From: the human T2T-CHM13v2.0 reference genome, Homo sapiens | Assembly (NCBI RefSeq): GCF_009914755.1 | Contig: NC_060941.1 | Reading direction: 5' to 3' (one strand) | Length of the DNA: 64,000 bases | Part shown: piece by piece, positions 26,501-41,500 of the stretch | Layout of the letters: every line of letters begins with the position of its first letter | Position numbering within the stretch: position 1 is the stretch's first letter | Notes under the pieces: generated by a model | Databases searched by the model: none | Seen by the model: only the letters and a program-made list of their open reading frames with translations | What the model was told of the DNA's origin: nothing | Program-made: the position numbers and the translations under genes

Positions 26501-26569
26501 ATTGATAGAGCAGTTTGGAAACACTCTTGTTGTGGAATGTGCAAGTGGAGATTTGGAGCGCTTTGAGGT

Positions 26570-29500
26570 CTATGGTAGTAAAGGGAATAGCTTCATAGAA
26601 AAACTAGACAGAAGCATTCTCAGAAAATACTTTGTGATGATTGAGTTTAACTCACAGAGCTGAACATTCCTTTGGATGGAGCAGGTTTGAGACACACTTT
26701 TTGCAGAATCTACAAGTGGATATTTGGACCTCTCTGAGGATTTCGTTGGAAACGGGATAACTGCACCTAACTAAACGGAAGCATTCTCAGAAACTTCTTG
26801 GTGATGTTTGCATTCAAATCCCAGAGTTGAACCTTCCTTTGATAGTTCAGGTTTGAAACACTCTTTTTGTAGGATCTGCAAGTGGATATTTGGACCACTC
26901 TGTGGCCTTCGTTCGAAACGGGTATATCTTCGCATAAAATCTAGACAGAAGCCTTCTCAGAAACTTCTCTGTGATGATTGCATTCAACTCACAGAGTTGA
27001 ACCCTCCTATGGATAGAGCAGTGTTGAAACTCTCTTTTTGTGGAATCTGCAAGTGGATATGTGGACCTCTCCGAAGATGTCTTTGGAAACGGGAATATCT
27101 TCACATAAAAACTAAACAGAAGCATTCTCAGAAACTTCTCTGTGATGTTTGTGTTCAACTCCCAGAGTTTCACATTGCTTTTCATAGAGTAGTTCTGAAA
27201 CATGCTTTTCGTAGTGTCTACAAGTGGACATTTGGAGCGCTTTCAGGCCTGTGGTGGAAAACGAATTATGGTCACATAAAAACTGGAGAGAAGCATTGTC
27301 AGAAACTTCTTTGTGATGATTGCATTCAACTCACAGAGTTGAAGGTTCCTTTTCAAAGAGCAGTTTCCAATCACTCTTTCTGTGGAATCTGCAAGTGGAT
27401 ATTTGGACCTCTTTGAAGATTTCGTTGGAAACGGGAGAATCTTCACAGAAAAGCTAAACAGAAGCATTCTCAGAAACTTCTTTGTGATGCTTGCATTCAA
27501 CTCACAGAGTTGAACTTTCCTTTCGAGAGAGAAGCTTTGAAACACTCTTTTTCCAGAATCTGCAAGTGGACATTTGGAGGGCTTTGAGGCCTGTGGTGGA
27601 AAAGGAATTATCTTCCCGTAAAAGCTAGACAGAAGCATTCTCAGAAACTACTTTGTGATGATTGCATTCAAGTCACAGAGTTGAACATTCCCTTTGACAG
27701 AGCAGTTTGGAAACTCTCTTTGTGTAGAATCTGCAAGTGGAGATATGGACCGCTTTGAGGCCTATGGTAGTAAAGGAAATAGCTTCATATAAAAGCTAGA
27801 CAGTAGCATTCAGAAAAAACTCTTGGTGACGACTGAGTTTAACTCACAGAGCTGAACATTCCTTTGGATGGAGCAGTTTCGAAACACACTATTTGTAGAA
27901 TGTGCAAGTGGATATTTGGGCCTCTCTGAGGATTTCGTTGGAAACGGGATAAACCGCACAGAACTAAACAGAAGCATTCTCAGAACCTTCTTCGTGATGT
28001 TTGCATTCAACTCAACAGTGTTGAACCTTTCTTTGATAGTTCAGGTTTGAAACGGTCTTTCTGCAGAAACTGCAAGTAGATATTTGGACCGCTCTGAGGA
28101 TTTCGTTGGAAACGGGATAACCCGCACAGAACTAAAACAGAAGCATTCTCAGAACCCTCTTCGTGATGTTTGCATTCAACTCACAGTGCTGAACCTTTCT
28201 TTGATAGTTCAGCTTTGAAACACTCTTTTTGTAGAAACTGCAAGTGGATATTTGGTCCTCTCTGAGGATTTCGTTGGAAACGGGATAAACTGCACAGAAC
28301 TAAACAGAAGCATTCTCAGAACCTTCTTCGTGATGTCTGCATTCAACTCACAGTGTGGAACCTTTCTTTGATAGTTCAGGTTTGAAACACTCTTTTTGTA
28401 GAAACTGCAAGGGGATAATTGCACTCTTTGAGGAGTACCGTAGTAAAGGAAATAACTTCCTATAAAAAGAAGACAGAAGCTTTCTCAGAAAATTCTTTGG
28501 GATGATTGAGTTGAACTCACAGAGCTGAGCATTCCTTGCGATGTAGCAGTTTAGAAACACACTTTCTGCAGAATCTGCAAGTGCATATTTGGACCTCTCT
28601 GAGGAATTCGTTGGAAACGGGATAATTTCAGCTGACTAAACAGAAGCAGTCTCAGAATCTTCTTTGTGATGTTTGCATTCAAATCCCAGAGTTGAACTTT
28701 CCTTTCAAAGTTCACGTTTGAAACACTCTTTTTGCAGGATCTACAAGTGGATATTTGGACCACTCTGTGTCGTTCGTTCGAAACGGGTATATCTTCACAT
28801 GACATCTAGACAGAAGCATCCTCAGAAGCTTCTCTGTGATGACTGCATTCAACTCACGGAGTTGAACACTCCTTTTGAGAGCGCAGTTTTGAAACTCTCT
28901 TTCTGTGGCATCTGCAAGGGGACATGTAGACCTCTTTGAAGATTTCTTTGGAAACGGAATCATCTTCACATAAAAACTATACAGATGCATTCTCAGGAAC
29001 TTTTTGGTGATGTTTGTATTCAACTCCCAGAGTTGAACTTTCCTTTGGAAAGAGCAGCTATGAAACACTCTTTTTCTAGAATCTGCAAGTGGACGTTTGG
29101 AGGGCTTTGTGGTTTGTGGTGGAAAAGGAAATATCTTCACCTAAATACTAGATAGAAGCATTCTCAGAAACTGCTTTGTGATGATTGCATTCACCTCACA
29201 GAGTTGAACATTCCTATTGATAGAGCAGTTTGGAAACACTCTTGTTGTGGAATGTGCAAGTGGAGATTTGGAGCGCTTTGAGGCCTATGGTAGTAAAGGG
29301 AATAGCTTCATAGAAAAACTAGACAGAAGCATTCTCAGAAAATACTTTGTGATGATTGAGTTTAACTCACAGAGCTGAACATTCCTTTGGATGGAGCAGG
29401 TTTGAGACACACTTTTTGTAGAATCTACAAGTGGATATTTGGACCTCTCTGAGGATTTCGTTGGAAACGGGATAACTGCACCTAACTAAACGGAAGCATT

Positions 29501-32500
29501 CTCAGAAACTTCTTGGTGATGTTTGCATTCAAATCCCAGAGTTGAACCTTCCTGTGATAGTTCAGGTTTGAAACACTCTTTTTGTAGGATCTTCAAGTGG
29601 ATATTTGGACCACTCTGTGGCCTTCGTTCGAAACGGGTACATCTTCACATAAAATCTAGACAGAAGCCTTCTCAGAAACTTCTCTGTGATGATTGCATTC
29701 AACTCACAGGTTTGAACCCTCCTATGGATAGAGCATTGTTGAAACTCTCTTTTTGTGGAATCTGCAAGTGGATATGTGGACCTCTCCGAAGATGTCTTTG
29801 GAAACGGGAATATCTTCACATAAAAACTAAACAGAAGCATTCTCAGAAACTTCTCTGTGATGTTTGTGTTCAACTCCCAGAGTTTCACATTGCTTTTCAT
29901 AGAGTAGTTCTGAAACATGCTTTTCGTAGTGTCTGCAAGTGGACATTTGGAGCGCTTTCAGGCCTGTGGTGCAAAACGAATTATGGTCCCATAAAAACTG
30001 GAGAGAAGCATTGTCAGAAACTTCTTTGTGATGATTGCATTCAACTCACAGAGATGAAGGTTCCTTTTCAAACAGCACTTTCCAAACACTCTTTCTGTGG
30101 AATCTGCAAGTGGATATTTGGATCTCTTTGAAGATTTCGTTGGAAACGGGAGAATCTTCACAGAAAAGCTAAACAGAAGCATTCTCAGAAACTTCTTTGT
30201 GATGCTTGCATTCAACTCACAGAGTTGAACTTTCCTTTCGAGAGAGAAGCTTTGAAACACTCTTTTTCCAGAATCTGCAAGTGGACATTTGGAGGGCTTT
30301 GAGGCCTGTGGTAGAAAAGGAATTAACTTCCCGTAAAAGCTAGATAGAAGCATTCTCAGAAACTACTTTGTGATGATTGCATTCAAGTCACAGAGTTGAA
30401 CATTCCCTTTGACAGAGCAGTTTGGAAACTCTCTTTCTGTAGAATCTGCAAGTGGAGATATGGACCGCTTTGAGGCCTATGGTAGTAAAGGAAATAGCTT
30501 CATATAAAAGCTAGACAGTAGCATTCACAGAAAACTCTTGGTGACGACTGAGTTTAACTCACAGAGCTGAACATTCCTTTGGATGGAGCAGTTTCGAAAC
30601 ACACTATTTCTAGAATGTGCAAGTGGATATTTGGGCCTCTCTGAGGATTTCGTTGGAAACGGGATAAACCGCACAGAACTAAACAGAAGCATTCTCAGAA
30701 CCTTCTTCGTGATGTTTGCATTCAACTCACAGTGTTGAACCTTTCTTTGATAGTTCAGGTTTGAAACGGTCTTTCTGTAGAAACTGCAAGTAGATATTTG
30801 GACCTCTCTGAGGATTTCGTTGGAAACGGGATAAACCGCACAGAACTAAAACAGAAGCATTCTCAGAACCCTCTTCGTGATGTTTGCATTCAACTCACAG
30901 TGCTGAACCTTTCTTTGATAGTTCAGCTTTGAAACACTCTTTTTGTAGAAACTGCAAGTGAATATTTGGTCCTCTCTGAGGATTTCGTTGGAAACGGGAT
31001 AAAACGCACAGAACTAAACAGAAGCATTCTCAGAACCTTCTTCGTGATGTCTGCATTCAACACAAAGTGTGGAACCTTTCTTTGATAGTTCAGGTTTTAA
31101 AAACTCTTTTTGTAGAAACTGCAAGGGGATAATTGCACTCTTTGAGGAGTACCGTAGTAAAGGAAATAACTTCCTATAAAAAGAAGACAGAAGCTTTCTC
31201 AGAAAATTCTTTGGGATGATTGAGTTGAACTCACAGAGCTGAGCATTCCTTGCGATGTAGCAGTTTAGAAACACACTTTCTGCAGAATCTGCAAGTGCAT
31301 ATTTGGACCTCTGTGAGGAATTCGTTGGAAACGGGATAATTTCAGCTGACTACACAGAAGCAGTCTCAGAATCTTCTTTGTGATGTTTGCATTCAAATCC
31401 CAGAGTTGAACTTTCGTTTCAAAGTTCACGTTTGAAACACTCTTTTTGCAGGATCTACAAGTGGATATTTGGACCACTCTGTGTCCTTCGTTCGAAACGG
31501 GTATATCTTCACATGACATCTAGACAGAAGCATTCTCAGAAGCTTCTCTGTGATGACTGCATTCAACTCACGGAGTTGAACACTCCTTTTGAGAGCGCAG
31601 TTTTGAAACTCTCTTTCTGTGGCATCTGCAAGGGGACATGTAGACCTCTTTGAAGATTTCGTTGGAAACGGAATCATCTTCACATAAAAACTATACAGAT
31701 GCATTCTCAGGAACTTTTTGGTGATGTTTGTATTCAACTCCCAGAGTTGAACTTTCCTTTGGAAAGAGCAGCTATGAAACACTCTTTTTCTAGAATCTGC
31801 AAGTGGACGTTTGGAGGGCTTTGTGGTTTGTGGTGGAAAAGGAAATATCTTCACCTAAATACTAGATAGAAGCATTCTCAGAAACTGCTTTGTGATGATT
31901 GCATTCACCTCACAGAGTTGAACATTCCTATTGATAGAGCAGTTTGGAAACACTCTTGTTGTGGAATGTGCAAGTGGAGATTTGGAGCGCTTTGAGGCCT
32001 ATGGTAGTAAAGGGAATAGCTTCATAGAAAAACTAGACAGAAGCATTCTCAGAAAATACTTTGTGATGATTGAGTTTAACTCACAGAGCTGAACATTCCT
32101 TTGGATGGAGCAGGTTTGAGACACACTTTTTGTAGAATCTACAAGTGGATATTTGGACCTCTCTGAGGATTTCGTTGGAAACGCGATAACTGCACCTAAC
32201 TAAACGGAAGCATTCTCAGAAACTTCTTGGTGATGTTTGCATTCAAATCCCAGAGTTGAACCTTCCTTTGATAGTTCAGGTTTGAAACACTCTTTTTGTA
32301 GGATCTGCAAGTGGATATTTGGACCACTCTGTGGCCTTCGTTCGAAACGGGTATATCTTCGCATAAAATCTAGACAGAAGCCTACTCAGAAACTTCTCTG
32401 TGATGATTGCATTCAACTCACAGAGTTGAACCCTCCTATGGATAGAGCAGTGTTGAAACTCTCTTTTTGTGGAATCTGCAAGTGGATATGTGGACCTCTC

Positions 32501-35500
32501 CGAAGATGTCTTTGGAAACGGGAATATCTTCACATAAAAACTAAACAGAAGCATTCTCAGAAACTTCTCTGTGATGTTTGTGTTCAACTCCCAGAGTTTC
32601 ACATTGCTTTTCATAGAGTAGTTCTGAAACATGCTTTTCGTAGTGTCTACAAGTGGACATTTGGAGCGCTTTCAGGCCTGTGGTGGAAAACGAATTATGG
32701 TCACATAAAAACTGGAGAGAAGCATTGTCAGAAACTTCTTTGTGATGATTGCATTCAACTCACAGAGTTGAAGGTTCCTTTTCAAAGAGCAGTTTCCAAT
32801 CACTCTTTGTGTGGAATCTGCAAGTGGATATTTGGACCTATTTTGAAGATTTCGTTGGAAACGGGAGAATCTTCACAGGAAAGCTAAACAGAAGCATTCT
32901 CAGAAACTTCTTTGTGATGCTTGCATTCAACTCACAGAGTTGAACTTTCCTTTCGAGAGAGAAGCTTTGAAACACTCTTTTTCCAGAATCTGCAAGTGGA
33001 CATTTGGAGGGCTTTGAGGCCTGTGGTGGAAAAGGAATTATCTTCCCGTAAAAGCTAGATAGAAGCATTCTCAGAAACTACTTTGTGATGATTGCATTCA
33101 AGTCACAGAGTTGAACATTCCCTTTGACAGAGCAGTTTGGAAACTCTCTTTGTGTAGAATCTGCAAGTGGAGATATGGACCGCTTTGAGGCCTATGGTAG
33201 TAAAGGAAATAGCTTCATATAAAAGCTAGACAGTAGCATTCACAGAAAACTCTTGGTGACGACTGAGTTTAACTCACAGAGCTGAACATTCCTTTGGATG
33301 GAGCAGTTTCGAAACACACTATTTGTAGAATGTGCAAGTGGATATTTGGGCCTCTCTGAGGATTTCGTTGGAAACGGGATAAACCGCACAGAACTAAACA
33401 GAAGCATTCTCAGAACCTTCTTCGTGATGTTTGCATTCAACTCACAGTGTTGAACCTTTCTTTGATAGTTCAGGTTTGAAACGGTCTTTCTGTAGAAACT
33501 GCAAGTAGATATTTGGACCTCTCTGAGGATTTCGTTGGAAACGGGATAAACCGCACAGAACTAAAACAGAAGCATTCTCAGAACCCTCTTCGTGATGTTT
33601 GCATTCAACTCACAGTGCTGAACCTTTCTTTGATAGTTCAGCTTTGAAACACTCTTTTTGTAGAAACTGCAAGTGGATATTTGGTCCTCTCTGAGGATTT
33701 CGTTGGAAACGGGATAAACTGCACAGAACTAAACAGAAGCATTCTCAGAACCTTCTTCGTGATGTCTGCATTCAACTCACAGTGTGGAACCTTTCTTTGA
33801 TAGTTCAGGTTTGAAACACTCTTTTTGTAGAAACTGCAAGGGGATAATTGCACTCTTTGAGGAGTACCGTAGTAAAGGAAATAACTTCCTATAAAAAGAA
33901 GACAGAAGCTTTCTCAGAAAATTCTTTGGGATGATTGAGTTGAACTCACAGAGCTGAGCATTCCTTGCGATGTAGCAGTTTAGAAACACACTTTCTGCAG
34001 AATCTGCAAGTGCATATTTGGACCTCTGTGAGGAATTCGTTGGAAACGGGATAATTTCAGCTGACTAAACAGAAGCAGTCTCAGAATCTTCTTTGTGATG
34101 TTTGCATTCAAATCCCCGAGTTGAACTTTCCTTTCAAAGTTCACGTTTGAAACACTCTTTTTGCAGGATCTACAAGTGGATATTTGGACCACTCTGTGTC
34201 CGTCGTTCGAAACGGGTATATCTTCACATGACATCTAGACAGAAGCATCCTCAGAAGCTTCTCTGTGATGACTGCATTCAACTCACGGAGTTGAACACTC
34301 CTTTTGAGAGCGCAGTTTTGAAACTCTCTTTCTGTGGCATCTGCAAGGGGACATGTAGACCTCTTTGAAGATTTCTTTGGAAACGGAATCATCTTCACAT
34401 AAAAACTATACAGATGCATTCTCAGGAACTTTTTGGTGATGTTTGTATTCAACTCCCAGAGTTGAACTTTCCTTTGGAAAGAGCAGCTATGAAACACTCT
34501 TTTTCTAGAATCTGCAAGTGGACGTTTGGAGGGCTTTGTGGTTTGTGGTGGAAAAGGAAATATCTTCACCTAAATACTAGATAGAAGCATTCTCAGAAAC
34601 TGCTTTGTGATGATTGCATTCACCTCACAGAGTTGAACATTCCTATTGATAGAGCAGTTTGGAAACACTCTTGTTGTGGAATGTGCAAGTGGAGATTTGG
34701 AGCGCTTTGAGGCCTATGGTAGTAAAGGGAATAGCTTCATAGAAAAACTAGACAGAAGCATTCTCAGAAAATACTTTGTGATGATTGAGTTTAACTCACA
34801 GAGCTGAACATTCCTTTGGATGGAGCAGGTTTGAGACACACTTTTTGTAGAATCTACAAGTGGATATTTGGACCTCTCTGAGGATTTCGTTGGAAACGGG
34901 ATAACTGCACCTAACTAAACGGAAGCATTCTCAGAAACTTCTTGGTGATGTTTGCATTCAAATCCCAGAGTTGAACCTTCCTTTGATAGTTCAGGTTTGA
35001 AACACTCTTTTTGTAGGATCTGCAAGTGGATATTTGGACCACTCTGTGGCCTTCGTTCGAAACGGGTACATCTTCACATAAAATCTAGACAGAAGCCTTC
35101 TCAGAAACTTCTCTGTGATGATTGCATTCAACTCACAGGTTTGAACCCTCCTTTGGATAGAGCATTGTTGAAACTCTCTTTTTGTGGAATCTGCAAGTGG
35201 ATATGTGGACCTCTCCGAAGATGTCTTTGGAAACGGGAATATCTTCACATAAAAACTAAACAGAAGCATTCTCAGAAACTTCTCTGTGATGTTTGTGTTC
35301 AACTCCCAGAGTTTCACATTGCTTTTCATAGAGTAGTTCTGAAACATGCTTTTCGTAGTGTCTGCAAGTGGACATTTGGAGCGCTTTCAGGCCTGTGGTG
35401 CAAAACGAATTATGGTCCCATAAAAACTGGAGAGAAGCATTGTCAGAAACTTCTTTGTGATGATTGCATTCAACTCACAGAGATGAAGGTTCCTTTTCAA

Positions 35501-38500
35501 ACAGCAGTTTCCAAACACTCTTTCTTTGGAATCTGCAAGTGGATATTTGGATCTCTTTGAAGATTTCGTTGGAAACGGGAGAATCTTCACAGAAAAGCTA
35601 AACAGAAGCATTCTCAGAAACTTCTTTGTGATGCTTGCATTCAACTCACAGAGTTGAACTTTCCTTTCGAGAGAGAAGCTTTGAAACACTCTTTTTCCAG
35701 AATCTGCAAGTGGACATTTGGAGGGCTTTGAGGCCTGTGGTAGAAAAGGAATTAACTTCCCGTAAAAGCTAGATAGAAGCATTCTCAGAAACTACTTTGT
35801 GATGATTGCATTCAAGTCACAGAGTTGAACATTCCCTTTGACAGAGCAGTTTGGAAACTCTCTTTCTGTAGAATCTGCAAGTGGAGATATGGACCGCTTT
35901 GAGGCCTATGGTAGTAAAGGAAATAGCTTCATATAAAAGCTAGACAGTAGCATTCACAGAAAACTCTTGGTGACGACTGAGTTTAACTCACAGAGCTGAA
36001 CATTCCTTTGGATGGAGCAGTTTCGAAACACACTATTTGTAGAATGTGCAAGTGGATATTTGGGCCTCTCTGAGGATTTCGTTGGAAACGGGATAAACCG
36101 CACAGAACTAAACAGAAGCATTCTCAGAACCTTCTTCGTGATGTTTGCATTCAACTCACAGTGTTGAACCTTTCTTTGATAGTTCAGGTTTGAAACGGTC
36201 TTTCTGTAGAAACTGCAAGTAGATATTTGGACCTCTTTGAGGATTTCGTTGGAAACGGGATAAACCGCACAGAACTAAAACAGAAGCATTCTCAGAACCC
36301 TCTTCGTGATGTTTGCATTCAACTCACAGTGCTGAACCTTTCTTTGATAGTTCAGCTTTGAAACACTCTTTTTGTAGAAACTGCAAGTGAATATTTGGTC
36401 CTCTCTGAGGATTTCGTTGGAAACGGGATAAAACGCACAGAACTAAACAGAAGCATTCTCAGAACCTTCTTCGTGATGTCTGCATTCAACACAAAGTGTG
36501 GAACCTTTCTTTGATAGTTCAGGTTTGAAACACTCTTTTTGTAGAAACTGCAAGGGGATAATTGCACTCTTTGAGGAGTACCGTAGTAAAGGAAATAACT
36601 TCCTATAAAAAGAAGACAGAAGCTTTCTCAGAAAATTCTTTGCGATGATTGAGTTGAACTCACAGAGCTGAGCATTCCTTGCGATGTAGCAGTTTAGAAA
36701 CACACTTTCTGCAGAATCTGCAAGTGCATATTTGGACCTCTGTGAGGAATTCGTTGGAAACGGGATAATTTCAGCTGACTAAACAGAAGCAGTCTCAGAA
36801 TCTTCTTTGTGATGTTTGCATTCAAATCCCAGAGTTGAACTTTCGTTTCAAATTTCACGTTTGAAACACTCTTTTTGCAGGATCTACAAGTGGATATTTG
36901 GACCACTCTGTGTCCTTCGTTCGAAACGGGTATATCTTCACATGACATCTAGACAGAAGCATTCTCAGAAGCTTCTCTGTGATGACTGCATTCAACTCAC
37001 GGAGTTGAACACTCCTTTTGAGAGCGCAGTTTTGAAACTCTCTTTCTGTGGCATCTGCAAGGGGACATGTAGACCTCTTTGAAGATTTCGTTGGAAACGG
37101 AATCATCTTCACATAAAAACTATACAGATGCATTCTCAGGAACTTTTTGGTGACGTTTGTATTCAACTCCCAGACTTGAAATTTCCTTTGGAAAGAGCAG
37201 CTATGAAACACTCTTTTTCTAGAATCTGCAAGTGGACGTTTGGAGGGCTTTGTGGTTTGTGGTGGAAAAGGAAATATCTTCACCTAAATACTAGATAGAA
37301 GCATTCTCAGAAACTGCTTTGTGATGATTGCATTCACCTCACAGAGTTGAACATTCCTATTGATAGAGCAGTTTGGAAACACTCTTGTTGTGGAATGTGC
37401 AAGTGGAGATTTGGAGCGCTTTGAGGCCTATGGTAGTAAAGGGAATAGCTTCATAGAAAAACTAGACAGAAGCATTCTCAGAAAATACTTTGTGATGATT
37501 GAGTTTAACTCACAGAGCTGAACATTCCTTTGGATGGAGCAGGTTTGAGACACACTTTTTGCAGAATCTACAAGTGGATATTTGGACCTCTCTGAGGATT
37601 TCGTTGGAAACGGGATAACTGCACCTAACTAAACGGAAGCATTCTCAGAAACTTCTTGGTGATGTTTGCATTCAAATCCCAGAGTTGAACCTTCCTTTGA
37701 TAGTTCAGGTTTGAAACACTCTTTTTGTAGGATCTGCAAGTGGATATTTGGACCACTCTGTGGCCTTCGTTCGAAACGGGTATATCTTCGCATAAAATCT
37801 AGACAGAAGCCTTCTCAGAAACTTCTCTGTGATGATTGCATTCAACTCACAGAGTTGAACCCTCCTATGGATAGAGCAGTGTTGAAACTCTCTTTTTGTG
37901 GAATCTGCAAGTGGATATGTGGACCTCTCCGAAGATGTCTTTGGAAACGGGAATATCTTCACATAAAAACTAAACAGAAGCATTCTCAGAAACTTCTCTG
38001 TGATGTTTGTGTTCAACTCCCAGAGTTTCACATTGCTTTTCATAGAGTAGTTCTGAAACATGCTTTTCGTAGTGTCTACAAGTGGACATTTGGAGCGCTT
38101 TCAGGCCTGTGGTGGAAAACGAATTATGGTCACATAAAAACTGGAGAGAAGCATTGTCAGAAACTTCTTTGTGATGATTGCATTCAACTCACAGAGTTGA
38201 AGGTTCCTTTTCAAAGAGCAGTTTCCAATCACTCTTTCTGTGGAATCTGCAAGTGGATATTTGGACCTCTTTGAAGATTTCGTTGGAAACGGGAGAATCT
38301 TCACAGAAAAGCTAAACAGAAGCATTCTCAGAAACTTCTTTGTGATGCTTGCATTCAACTCACAGAGTTGAACTTTCCTTTCGAGAGAGAAGCTTTGAAA
38401 CACTCTTTTTCCAGAATCTGCAAGTGGACATTTGGAGGGCTTTGAGGCCTGTGGTGGAAAAGGAATTATCTTCCCGTAAAAGCTAGACAGAAGCATTCTC

Positions 38501-41500
38501 AGAAACTACTTTGTGATGATTGCATTCAAGTCACAGAGTTGAACATTCCCTTTGACAGAGCAGTTTGGAAACTCTCTTTGTGTAGAATCTGCAAGTGGAG
38601 ATATGGACCGCTTTGAGGCCTATGGTAGTAAAGGAAATAGCTTCATATAAAAGCTAGACAGTAGCATTCAGAAAAAACTCTTGGTGACGACTGAGTTTAA
38701 CTCACAGAGCTGAACATTCCTTTGGATGGAGCAGTTTCGAAACACACTATTTGTAGAATGTGCAAGTGGATATTTGGGCCTCTCTGAGGATTTCGTTGGA
38801 AACGGGATAAACCGCACAGAACTAAACAGAAGCATTCTCAGAACCTTCTTCGTGATGTTTGCATTCAACTCAACAGTGTTGAACCTTTCTTTGATAGTTC
38901 AGGTTTGAAACGGTCTTTCTGCAGAAACTGCAAGTAGATATTTGGACCGCTCTGAGGATTTCGTTGGAAACGGGATAACCCGCACAGAACTAAAACAGAA
39001 GCATTCTCAGAACCCTCTTCGTGATGTTTGCATTCAACTCACAGTGCTGAACCTTTCTTTGATAGTTCAGCTTTGAAACACTCTTTTTGTAGAAACTGCA
39101 AGTGGATATTTGGTCCTCTCTGAGGATTTCGTTGGAAACGGGATAAACTGCACAGAACTAAACAGAAGCATTCTCAGAACCTTCTTCGTGATGTCTGCAT
39201 TCAACTCACAGTGTGGAACCTTTCTTTGATAGTTCAGGTTTGAAACACTCTTTTTGTAGAAACTGCAAGGGGATAATTGCACTCTTTGAGGAGTACCGTA
39301 GTAAAGGAAATAACTTCCTATAAAAAGAAGACAGAAGCTTTCTCAGAAAATTCTTTGGGATGATTGAGTTGAACTCACAGAGCTGAGCATTCCTTGCGAT
39401 GTAGCAGTTTAGAAACACACTTTCTGCAGAATCTGCAAGTGCATATTTGGACCTCTCTGAGGAATTCGTTGGAAACGGGATAATTTCAGCTGACTAAACA
39501 GAAGCAGTCTCAGAATCTTCTTTGTGATGTTTGCATTCAAATCCCAGAGTTGAACTTTCCTTTCAAAGTTCACGTTTGAAACACTCTTTTTGCAGGATCT
39601 ACAAGTGGATATTTGGACCACTCTGTGTCGTTCGTTCGAAACGGGTATATCTTCACATGACATCTAGACAGAAGCATCCTCAGAAGCTTCTCTGTGATGA
39701 CTGCATTCAACTCACGGAGTTGAACACTCCTTTTGAGAGCGCAGTTTTGAAACTCTCTTTCTGTGGCATCTGCAAGGGGACATGTAGACCTCTTTGAAGA
39801 TTTCTTTGGAAACGGAATCATCTTCACATAAAAACTATACAGATGCATTCTCAGGAACTTTTTGGTGATGTTTGTATTCAACTCCCAGAGTTGAACTTTC
39901 CTTTGGAAAGAGCAGCTATGAAACACTCTTTTTCTAGAATCTGCAAGTGGACGTTTGGAGGGCTTTGTGGTTTGTGGTGGAAAAGGAAATATCTTCACCT
40001 AAATACTAGATAGAAGCATTCTCAGAAACTGCTTTGTGATGATTGCATTCACCTCACAGAGTTGAACATTCCTATTGATAGAGCAGTTTGGAAACACTCT
40101 TGTTGTGGAATGTGCAAGTGGAGATTTGGAGCGCTTTGAGGCCTATGGTAGTAAAGGGAATAGCTTCATAGAAAAACTAGACAGAAGCATTCTCAGAAAA
40201 TACTTTGTGATGATTGAGTTTAACTCACAGAGCTGAACATTCCTTTGGATGGAGCAGGTTTGAGACACACTTTTTGTAGAATCTACAAGTGGATATTTGG
40301 ACCTCTCTGAGGATTTCGTTGGAAACGGGATAACTGCACCTAACTAAACGGAAGCATTCTCAGAAACTTCTTGGTGATGTTTGCATTCAAATCCCAGAGT
40401 TGAACCTTCCTGTGATAGTTCAGGTTTGAAACACTCTTTTTGTAGGATCTTCAAGTGGATATTTGGACCACTCTGTGGCCTTCGTTCGAAACGGGTACAT
40501 CTTCACATAAAATCTAGACAGAAGCCTTCTCAGAAACTTCTCTGTGATGATTGCATTCAACTCACAGGTTTGAACCCTCCTATGGATAGAGCATTGTTGA
40601 AACTCTCTTTTTGTGGAATCTGCAAGTGGATATGTGGACCTCTCCGAAGATGTCTTTGGAAACGGGAATATCTTCACATAAAAACTAAACAGAAGCATTC
40701 TCAGAAACTTCTCTGTGATGTTTGTGTTCAACTCCCAGAGTTTCACATTGCTTTTCATAGAGTAGTTCTGAAACATGCTTTTCGTAGTGTCTGCAAGTGG
40801 ACATTTGGAGCGCTTTCAGGCCTGTGGTGCAAAACGAATTATGGTCCCATAAAAACTGGAGAGAAGCATTGTCAGAAACTTCTTTGTGATGATTGCATTC
40901 AACTCACAGAGATGAAGGTTCCTTTTCAAACAGCACTTTCCAAACACTCTTTCTGTGGAATCTGCAAGTGGATATTTGGATCTCTTTGAAGATTTCGTTG
41001 GAAACGGGAGAATCTTCACAGAAAAGCTAAACAGAAGCATTCTCAGAAACTTCTTTGTGATGCTTGCATTCAACTCACAGAGTTGAACTTTCCTTTCGAG
41101 AGAGAAGCTTTGAAACACTCTTTTTCCAGAATCTGCAAGTGGACATTTGGAGGGCTTTGAGGCCTGTGGTAGAAAAGGAATTAACTTCCCGTAAAAGCTA
41201 GATAGAAGCATTCTCAGAAACTACTTTGTGATGATTGCATTCAAGTCACAGAGTTGAACATTCCCTTTGACAGAGCAGTTTGGAAACTCTCTTTCTGTAG
41301 AATCTGCAAGTGGAGATATGGACCGCTTTGAGGCCTATGGTAGTAAAGGAAATAGCTTCATATAAAAGCTAGACAGTAGCATTCACAGAAAACTCTTGGT
41401 GACGACTGAGTTTAACTCACAGAGCTGAACATTCCTTTGGATGGAGCAGTTTCGAAACACACTATTTCTAGAATGTGCAAGTGGATATTTGGGCCTCTCT

